Shown: one piece after another, positions 53,574-64,000 of the stretch
Layout of the letters: every line of letters begins with the position of its first letter
Position numbering within the stretch: position 1 is the first letter of the stretch
NCBI GenBank assembly: GCA_964035545.1
Contig: OZ037771.1
Coordinates: forward strand, 11,350,480 to 11,414,479
Source: Bugula neritina
Lineage: Eukaryota; Animalia; Bryozoa
Reading direction: 5' to 3'
Length of the DNA: 64,000 bases
The notes under the pieces: generated by a model
Databases searched by the model: none
Seen by the model: the letters and a program-made list of their open reading frames with translations, nothing else
What the model was told of the DNA's origin: nothing
Position numbers and translations under genes: made by a program

Positions 53574-56063
53574 CCAAATTAATTTTAGCTAAAGCACTCT
53601 TTACAATTACTAAATTCTAAAACCCTGCCTATACTGACTGCAGTGACTTTGGCTGCACATACTGGTCTTCATTATTTCTGTTTATATGTTAAATGCCAAA
53701 ATAAACCCAAGATATATCCTATAATAATTGTCTGTTATATAATACATCTACGAGTGAAACCAAGTGAGAGGTTATCATAGTGTAACGTGAGAGTCTGGTT
53801 ATTTTTGGCTTTTGCTCTAAAACTAGGGATAGAATTTTTGAGAAATATCTTGAAGTTTTTACTGAAGGATCAAAGGATAAAAATAATTATAATATATCAT
53901 TCCATTTTCCGCTAGACTAGTGTATAGAGTAGATAACTCTGAGGAACTGGTTTAAAATAGCCTAAACTCTGGAAAATTCTTGTAGCTATAAGATTACTAA
54001 TGATCAATCAAATGCTTACTATATAAGTCAAGGTTTCTTAACTATTGAAAGCTCTTAAGTTAAGTGAGAACTGATTTTTTACAAAATATGTCAAGACTAT
54101 TTTTTAAGAGGGGAAAGAGAACCTCCATGACAATGGAGTAAAGAATAGTTACAACCACCTGGTATGACTTGCCACCAGGTGACACGTGCTCATATTCTGC
54201 TTGTATGGACTGTTACAATATACTGACTAAGTAACACTAGGAAAGTAGTAGTATAGTCATACATGTCAGTTAACACCTAGTCATGGAAGTACAGCAGGAA
54301 TTACAAAATAAGAGGAATAGTTACTTGCAAATTTTAAACATAGCTTTTGTTTATATTGTAAGTTTCTATATATATCGTGAACAAATCAAACACCCCCCCC
54401 CCCAACTCAATTCTTACAAACTCAAGCTAAATTGACTCAAAATCTTTTATTAAAAACTCCTTCGTAGCAAAAGTCATGGAAATAAATGATGAGCTATAAA
54501 AGGAAGTATAAACTACCCATCAGCTTAGATTTTCTTATGTATGGAGTATAATTATAAGAAACTACAAAGTGGCAATCTGCTGTGCTGTGCCCTATGGGAA
54601 TTAATGTTATCAACATGCATACCTTTTACTTATAGACCAACTTTATAGAGTGGATTATTCAGCTGTATGATCATATGTTTTTCTTAACAACTATATTATG
54701 ATGACAGCACTTGACTGCATATAGTTTTTGAGGCTACACTTCAAGACATATATATAAAATGGCAATTTTTAAAAAGTTTTTTTTAATTTGATATTTGATC
54801 ATGCCTAATGTCCCAAATTAATTCTATAGCTAAAGCACTCTTCACTATTACTAAATCATAAAACCCTGCTATACTAACTACAGTGATTTTGACACAGACT
54901 GGCCTCTATATGATTTGGGTTTATATGTCCAATACCAAAATAAGCCTAAAATATATCCTATAATAATTACAATTGTCTATCATGTAATACAGCTACAGCA
55001 AGCGAGAGGTTATTAAGGTGCAAGTCTGGTTATTTTTGGCTTTTAATCTAAAAATAGACATAAAATTTCTGAGAAATATCTTGAAGTTTTTACTGAGAAA
55101 TCAAAGGATAAAAATAATTATAATATATATCTTCCTCTTTCCCCTAGACTAGTGTATAGAGTAGATAACTCCGAGGAACTGGTTTAAAATAGACTAAACT
55201 CTGGAAAACTCTTGTAGCTATAAGATTACTGATGATCAATCAAATGCTTACTGTAAGTCAAGGTTTCTTAACTATTGAAAGCTCTTAAGTTAAGTGAGAA
55301 CTGATTCTTTGCACAATATGTTATAGGACTAATTTTAAGAGGGGAAAAGAGAACTACCACAGTAGAGTAAAGAATAGTTACAACCACCTGGTATGACCTG
55401 CCACCAGGTGACATGGGCTCATATTCTGCTGGTATGGACTGTTACAATATAGTGACTAAGTAACACTAGGAAAGTAGTAGTATAGTCATACATGTCAGTT
55501 AACACCTAGTCATGGAAATAGAGCAGAAATTACATAATTTGAGGAATAGTTACTTGCAAATTTTAAACTTATAGTTTTTATTTAGATAGTAAGTTTCTAT
55601 ATATCGTGAACAAATCAAACACCCCCTCTCAACTCAATTCTTACAAACTCAAGCTAAATTGACTCAGAATCTTTTATTCTAAACTCCTTCGTATAGCGAG
55701 AGTCATGGAAATAAATGATGAGCTATAAAAGGAAGTATAAACTACCCGTTAGCTTGGATTTTCTTATGTATGGAGTATATAGTTATAAGAAACTACAAAG
55801 TGGCAATCTGCTAACAACCTACTGTGCTGTGTCCTATGGGGAATGTTATCAACATGCATACCTTTTATTTATAGACCAACTTCATAGAGTAGATTATTCA
55901 GCTATATCATCTTGTTTTATGTAACATCTGTATATAACTACATTATATTATAATGATGATATCACATGACTGCAGATAATCTCTGAGGCTACACTTCAGG
56001 ACACATAACATTATGACTTTTTAAAAAAATTCTTTTATTTATTCTTCATCATGTCCAATGTCC
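53574..56063. repeat. Tandem segmental duplication of about 1.24 kb (units about 53574-54812 and 54813-56063)
   Basis: Long colinear blocks are shared, e.g. CTAGACTAGTGTATAGAGTAGATAACTC and GTAACACTAGGAAAGTAGTAGTATAGTCATACATGTCAG, with scattered substitutions and indels. Confidence 0.93.
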
Positions 56064-56234
56064 CTGTTGGGGCACATGAATTATTTCAATAGTTATAGCT
56101 ACTTCTTATGAAAATGTTTTGCAGCATATGACATATGCATAGTCTATGAGTTTTATAACACTTGGTGTACCTGAGTTAGCATATAAACGGTATTTTGATA
56201 ACCTGAATTATCATGTGCATATGAACAGCATTTG

Positions 56235-56341
<107 letters not shown>

Positions 56342-57410
56342 GAGCTGTTAAACTGATAACTTAAATATAGTTCAATATTGAAACAAAATCTTGTCTATAA
56401 TAAAACTTCCTTAACACTACATCATCATTCTATGAGCAGTTTAATATATGCAAAGCTAAATAAAGTGTTTCCCTTATTTACTATAGAGCTCTTACACCAG
56501 TATGACTAATACAATGTGATGTAAGCATTTCCAATCCTATATTATGTTAAGTGTAATATCATACAAGGTGTAAATGCTGTTGTGCACATTGTCGTTATAA
56601 TCAGTGTAGAGGAGACAACTCTAATTCACTTTACTAATCACCACAATTAGACTAGAGTGTAATTAATGTTAAAGTATCTATTATAAATTGAATGGGCATC
56701 TACAAGAGAGAAACTTAGTAATAGCTGCCTGTGTCTGCAGTGTTGTCTTCATCTCATGGACATTGTGCATTGTGTTAGTTTATGACTAGAGTGGAAAGAG
56801 AGAAAGCCAATTATTCTTTAAAGAACACTATATTAATTATATGTAATTTTCGTGTGAAATGTAATATGCCTTTAAAAACTTGCAGCAGAAAACTGATTTC
56901 TCACGACCTTTTTCAACTTATATATAAAACATTATTTGAAACAAGTTAATTCAGAACATGAAATTCTAAATAAACACTTGTGACTCATGATGCTAGTTAT
57001 ATAGAAAGACTAATCTAGAAACTAAATGACTTGTAACAGCACAACAGTATATTATTAGAATATGCATGACTAATTAATGTATGAAAGTTTCAACCTGATT
57101 AGATAAATGCGCATATGTACATTATATAGTAACAACAGGTAAATGCATATGTATATTATAGTAACAACAGGTAAATGCATATGTACATTATATAGTAACA
57201 ACAGGTAAATGCTGTGATAAACAGTGCTGTGTGCTATATTTCGTAGTAATGACTAATTATTTACTGATATACACATTTCTGTTTTTATTTTAATCAATAA
57301 ACATATTCTACAGATGTAGAGATGTTGATTTTTACTTACACTAGGTTCACAATTATGGGTTTGATCCTCTTTATTTTATGAGCAGACAATTCTTCATTAT
57401 AAATTTTTAT

Positions 57411-57482
57411 ACCCACATGGGATTTGAACCCGAGACCTCTGGCTTGCAGGCTGGCCCACTAACTATAACACTACAGGGGCCA
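57411..57482 (-). pseudogene. Degenerate tRNA-like sequence or SINE head
   Basis: The minus strand has the B box GGTTCAAATCCC and an A-box-like TAGTGTTATAGTTAG, but the stems are imperfect, so it is unlikely to be a functional tRNA. Confidence 0.5.
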
Positions 57483-59634
57483 CTGTGTAATCTCAACACT
57501 GCATTCAAGCTAGGAACATTTACTAGTACTAGCAGTAGCTCTGTACTTGCCTCTAATTAGCAAGACGTGCAGGTGCAGTAATGAAAAAATGAGAAAAGCC
57601 TGTATTCTAGATTAATAGAAATGTAGCAAAATAAGTTATTTTATTGTAATAATTGTGTCCTGCGCCTCAAACCAAAATTTAATAAGAACACCTAAGAACT
57701 TAGCTATTAAACTTTCCTCACTGCTGCACCTTAGAGTAAATGTCGCAACCTATCTGTTGACAACAAAAATGGAATTATTGTTGAGTGACTTTTGCATTTA
57801 CACTAACGTAATAGTTTCTATGAGAACCCTAAGGCTAAGGAAGGAGTTTAGGCAGTCTACAGGATATAATGGTTGCACCATACTGCACTTGAGTAATGCT
57901 GACAGCATTAGATGGAAGGCTTTTAAGGTTACACATCAGCAAAAGTCTAATTATATTAGCCATGTAATTCTTTACAAACCTAATACTAGGTATTTACAAA
58001 ATACACAAGCCAATGCTACTGTAAAATCCATTACGTGGCCTAAAGTAATACTGACTATATATAGGTTATTTTTAGTAACATGGAACAAATAGTAATATTA
58101 TAATTGTTACATCACATTAACTCATAATTGAGGTTGCATTGTGTGAATAGTGACTAATACATTGTAGTTATATTTTCAGTCACACCATTAGATGATTAGA
58201 TCAATTATAGACACTAAATATAGACTCTTTGAAGCTGCTCTATAGAGGATGGTTATAGAACAATAATATGTTTACCAATAGTCTTAGTCCATATATTGTT
58301 TGCAGCTGTTTCTTTTCCTAACAGTAATATTCTGGTTTTTGTAAACTGCGTAAACGTAAAAGCGGGAAAAAGTGGCGGAAACGTAAACAGGAGAAAACAA
58401 CTCAGAAAAACTCCTAGGGACTACTTTTAAACATAAAATCCTGTTTCGTGAGTGTGGCCTAATCAGGAAACATCCAAATCGTCGGCGCACAAAGAGTTTA
58501 GTTACACAACTAGTTTTCATTATGGTGTTGAGAATTAAATTTTTATCTGCTTAATAATGAACTTGTAAACTACAATGGCGAGCCCAATAATTGTTATTCT
58601 CATAGTTGCATGGATACCATGACTACCCACCAAAACCATCGATATTTTACTATTTAGTTTTTCAACGAACATTCGTACAACTTGAAGCTATTTAGCCTAC
58701 ATATTATTATCTTTTTATCAAACTGTTAGTTAAAATAAAAACCTATTCTATTACAGATTACAGTAAAAATAACCCAATATTTATCGATGCATGTATGATG
58801 TAATTATTTTACCAGAAATATTGTCAAAGTTATCACATTGATGTTCATCATTATTTTCCAACTTCAATTACATAAAGTAGAAGTATCATTATTATTTATA
58901 GTAAAAGGATGCTATTTCCCTCTACCCACTAACTATGTGTTCTATTTACCTTAGTGTGATCATGCTGTTATCTAAAACAAATTACCATGTTTAATTACAA
59001 GCAAAAGACTATATGTTATTGACAATGCTGCAATTGAAATTTTAACTATTCAAGGTTTGTTTACTTTTGACAATTAACAATCAGGAAATCGGCTGCATGT
59101 TTAGTATGTTTGGTGGGTTAACCAAATATTTCAAACATATGGACTAAATATCAGCTTGAATTTAGGCTGCTATAGCTCAATGTATATTACTGGTGTTCCA
59201 GTGAGTATCACTATTAAGGATGTATTAGTGTGTTCATTTAGTCCTGTGACTTCACTATATATATAGATTTACCAATTTAATTTCAACGAAATGTTACACA
59301 CGTTGGTTACAGCAGGATATAAAATAAAAGAGGAAACAGGTGGCGTGCATGATGACATGAAGTTTACGCAACTGAGCGCAAAGCTCTGTAGGTTAGGAAG
59401 ATTTCCCTTTACTTCTGTATATGTAACCAGTTGCACAACTTACAACACAAGTAGATTTTTATAATGCCAGACAATTCAATCATATATACTAGTTTGATTG
59501 TGCAAACAAAAATGAAAGGAGAAGTGGGAAGCTCCTTGATTATTCTAAGAATTATTTGTACCAGGTTTGAAAGTTATTTTACAATATCCTGTTAAGTTTG
59601 GGTAAGAGTTACAGCACAATAAGTAACCAGTGTC

Positions 59635-59820
59635 AGGTAGAAATAGCACAGATATAAATGGCACAAATGGAAAAGTATTATAGGTAAAATGGCACATTTT
59701 CAATATTATGGTTTGAACTGGGGGTTTGGGGTTTGGGGGTTTGAGTTTGGGGTTTGGGAAAATTTAGCATTATAATGTCCCATTTTTACCTACTTTTCCA
59801 TTTGTGCCATTTTTACCTAA
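59635..59820. mobile_element. Foldback/MITE-like element with a G-rich (GGGGTTT)n core
   Basis: Arms AAATGGCACAAATGGAAAAGTA..GGTAAAATGGCACA and TGTCCCATTTTTACCTACTTTTCCATTTGTGCCATTT are inverted and internally repetitive, flanking a telomere-like core at 59719-59758. Confidence 0.65.
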
Positions 59821-62800
59821 AATCAAGTAACGGATATTACGTCTATATATGCCACCAAGGAAGAGAAACTGGGAACTTATAGCATAAATACAATACTCTC
59901 ACAGAGTTGAGCAGAATATTGTATTGAGGTTAAAGCTTTAAAGCCTGTTTTGCTCCATTTTGTAATTTATATACCACACTTGACTCTTTTTACAACGGAA
60001 CTGCTGAAATACTAAACTAAATAACTTATTAATATAAGACTCGCCATCCTCAACTTTAGATAGCTCATAGTCTGTATCTCTCTTTGCAATGGTTGACTAT
60101 TCAGTACAGCCAATATAGCAACTTGCTCTTGGCTTTGCAATCATTTGTTAGTAACTGTAACTGATTTGAACAAAACCTATCTAACAATACACTCACTATA
60201 AGTAAAGAATTGGCTTTCAAACATATCTGGTCACCATATAATGTATGTTTTATATTTGTTGTCCAAATACTATAGCTTTATTTATAACACATGTTGAGAA
60301 AGTAACTAAACTTTGCAGAAAGTTACACTGAAATCTATGTTGGTTGAGATTTAAGTATGACTTGGTTTAGTGAGATGATGCAAGGAAACACTTCCTTAGA
60401 AGCTCCTTGAAGTCAAAGAGTTGGTTACCAGCAAACCCTTTAGTTGAGTCAACCAGCTACTAACTATTCTAGCAGAAAATAGTATTTAGTTTGGTATAGT
60501 AGTGGTTTACAAATATATATGACATTCTGAAGTAATGACTAAGAGATGGGATTCGCTGCCAATATGTAGTGGAAAATTTTACATTTTCATACACATTGGT
60601 AACTAGCAGTAAAAGAATGCCACAGTATGACAGTATCCAACTGATGGGAATGGAAAAAACACTTACTAAATAAGCAAATACTGGTATATTATTTTACCAT
60701 TTTATTGCATAATTCCCTTATATAAAACGTGCTCATGGGTTTCAATTGTTTATATTGTAGTTGCAGAGCAATGTAAGCTCATTTCACATCCCTTTGTCTA
60801 ATACCTCCTTTACGTGACATGTATTGTCATCATCATTCATCAGCTAGAAGCGAAGTGAAGCACGTGACGTCCCTCACGTCATGTGCTCCAAGTATAGCTG
60901 AGCAATACACCGCAGAACAATAGAACAAATGATTATATCATATTGCGAAATCTTGCCCTGATAATGAATATTAATTGAACAATATCCAGGCCATGCAACT
61001 CATACAAGAGAAACTTATGGTTAAAATAATAAGCTTTGTGAGTCTTATATGGGCAGTCATGACTCAACTAAGCATTAGTAATACTGATCATTTAATACAT
61101 AAAGTCACTGATTGCACAAAATAAATGGTCATATTATTGGTTTCATTACCTTAAAAGGCGTTGAAACAGTAAATTGTATATGGTAATATGACTGTGCAAT
61201 ATCTGAGAACAGCAGCATTCATGCTTATTGTGCTGTGTTACTCATATCTTTCCTGTATATTTCAACTTGTTTCATTACTATTTCATTTTTTATTTAAAAC
61301 TTATGAACTTTTAAACTGTTGGCATGTATTCTATCAGATAACAGTTATGCAAAATAAAAAGTCTATAATATAAACAATCAGTACTTTTACAAAGAAGAAT
61401 TACTTGAATCATGTGATTTTAGCAATTCTGGTATCCATGACTCTGTATGGTTGAGCTGTAACTTCTACTTGAGATGAGAGATCCATTTGACTCCTGTAGG
61501 TTCATATCTGGGGATGTAGCAGAACACTCCGAGGCTGTCCTCCTGCTACTGGATGGAAGTGGGGGGGGGGGGGTAGAGAGTCCCTCAAACTATTGAACTA
61601 TCAGCTGCATGTCATCTTATATTCCAAGGCTGAGGCAGTCTTGCTACGGCAAAACTCCCCATACGTTGTGTATGGGTTATAACGATGCAATGTAATTTAA
61701 GATTATCAAAATAATGAGAAAACCGTATAATTTACATTTTTTCTTATGAAGGAAAATTAATATATGTAAGCAGTGAGTTTTCAAACAGGCATTTTGTACT
61801 GACTATAGCTAATAGTTTTAAAGCTTATAGTATTTAAACAGTAAACCTATACTATATTATCAGAAATTTTATCTTCTCAAAGATATTATATTACATATTT
61901 ACAAATATACCCCCTTCACTGTGGTTAGGATTCTAATATTTACTCTAGAGAAAGTTGAAACAGCTGATGTAGCTACTCTAGATGGGAAACATGTTAGAAG
62001 AAGTTGTGTTTTTAAAGATTTCAACTTGAAAATCAAAAGGAAATGCATTAGAAATATCGTAGATCTTGGATCAAATTTTCACTGTTGTCGCCTTTAAATG
62101 AAGGTCATGCCTATATATACACTACGTTTCCATTATGGCATTATATAGGAATTGATTTTTCATTCATTCATTCCATTCATTCGCATAATTCGCAGTCATG
62201 TAAACGCAGTGCTACAGAAACTTATGAAACTTCCAGCTGCTATAAACATTAATTTATTGCAATTTCAGAGCTGCAGTTTTTGGTGCATCACTGAAGTAAG
62301 AAATATATTCAATTGACTCGTAATTCTTTTAGAATAATAAGATATTTAACATTTTTCAGTATTATAAAATAATTCCTGCACTGGGATACGCACCGCAGAC
62401 CTCCAGTTCACTAACCATAACACCACATGCGGGACTACTGCATGGGTAATCTTAACACTGCAAGTAGGAAGAATTTTCGAGAAGTTTTTGTGAAGTTGGA
62501 ACTTTAGTATATGGTCAGCGGAAGACTTGGGGAAAGACAGGGTTTAGATGTTTTTAAGTGTGCTATAAGATCTTCTACTATTCAAATTCTATAACTTCTA
62601 CACCATTTGGACTGTGGACCATCTTGAGATGCAACTGTCAACACAAATAACTGAGCTGCCAATATTTGACAGCACAGGGCTAGTTGTAAGCAGCACACAT
62701 GACACATCATCAGTAGCTAACTACTAGACGTGATGTCACCTGACCAACTAGGGTTTCAAGTCCCAAGGTCGATGTATGCAGGAAGTAGTCACATGTTTAG

Positions 62801-63728
62801 TTTAGCGGTTAACAGTCATAAGATGTGGTTTATTAAAAGTCTTCTGGTCACGATTATTCAATAGTCTTTGAAACAATGACTCAATAGCAGTTGCCCATGC
62901 TTCCTACTTCAACAAGACTAGGTTATTATTCGAAGACTTGAATTAGTCAAAATTTGGTTTGTATTGCATGATAAATTATTGAATGTGTATAGAAATTTGT
63001 TTTAAAGAGCTACTAAATTAAACATATTATATTTACCAAACCATAAATGTTAGGAGAATTTTAATAATTGTTTATAATTTCTTGATTTAGTTGTCAAGTT
63101 TATAGGCAGGCTGTTGCAGAAATATAATTTCCTTTATTCTTTAGATTTTACATTGTCATACAAATTATGAAAGTTGTTCTTTAAATGTAGATTTTTACTG
63201 TAGATGAAAAGACAGATGAGTTCTCACAGATGTACAGCCAAATAGCTGTTTTGCCATTCTAATTATAGTAAATTATAATAATTATACAAACAGCTGAGGC
63301 TGTATGATACATAGAGTCAGACAAGAAGCTTTAGAGGTCTAAAAATAGTTATTTATTTTATGACTAATATGTTTAGATTTACTACAAAATTCAAGGATCA
63401 AGGCAGTATTTATTTTGTTGTTGACCAATAACATTATTGTGTATAAGAAACTGGCAAAATATTACATAATATATACAGGGGCATCCACTGCACCAATAAA
63501 TAGTCTAAAGCTGTATATATGAATAAATAAGTCACTAATATTGTGTTGAAGAAAATGGTAATATAACATCTATATATAGCAAAGACTTGAAACCACATAT
63601 AAGTGAATTATATAAATAGTTCCTTCAAAATATTTTTGCTAAAATATTAAAAATAAATAAATAAAAAAACAAATGAATTTAGTTTAATTTGTTTATATTG
63701 TGATTGTATTGTGATTATATTATTACTG

Positions 63729-63906
63729 TTAGGTTGGTTTGTAACATTTACAGAGTCGTATCAATACTCTAGCACCAGTCTTGAAGTCATCATATGCTTT
63801 CCATTTACACTTCTGACTGTAATGTATTTCATATCCATCACAGTCGTTATTCCTCCCTTGAGCCAGAGCTCCATCCATCTGGGTGTACTGTCCACACCGG
63901 CATATT
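63729..63906 (-). CDS. Terminal exon of paralog C of the H-x4-C...C-x-C family (rest of gene beyond the window)
   Basis: 178-nt exon with acceptor CAG at 63909-63907. It encodes the same peptide as the paralog A terminal exon, with 8 nucleotide differences that are all silent. Confidence 0.8.
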
Positions 63907-64000
63907 CTGGAAGATAAGAGTTTGTTATTAAATTATGTTTAAGTATTTTATTTCAACTAGAAACTGTCCACACTGGCGTATTCTGGAACAATAAAAACTG

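Noticed and set aside
60810-60885. Cluster of CACGTG and TGACGT motifs as an enhancer
   Set aside because: Short motifs with no linked gene or independent support.
61440-61700. Possible further SINE-like element
   Set aside because: GC-richer with a short repetitive tail, but no clear A/B boxes, TSD or second copy.

Overview
AT-rich, intron-rich eukaryotic DNA from an invertebrate metazoan (possibly a lophotrochozoan; the taxon cannot be fixed from sequence alone). Most ORFs in the six-frame track are minisatellite artefacts or exon fragments, so genes were rebuilt by hand from GT-AG junctions with consistent codon phase. In order: the 3' end of a FYVE/rabenosyn-5-like gene (+, 8 exons, 680-6169); ANKRD10 (-, 6 exons); a DELE1-like SEL1-repeat gene (+, 13 coding exons) sharing a divergent promoter with ANKRD10; and an insect-AANAT-like GNAT acetyltransferase (+). 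Three minus-strand paralogs of a family I do not recognise lie around the GNAT gene (32440-35716, 43424-45487, and a terminal exon at 63729-63906). They encode disordered N-termini and a C-terminal tandem H-x4-C-x(9/18)-C-x-C putative zinc module that shows purifying selection and mosaic gene conversion. The window also holds many minisatellites abutting splice sites, two MITE families with two copies each, tRNA-derived SINEs with target-site duplications (one carrying a nested MITE), long perfect palindromes and a 1.24-kb tandem duplication.
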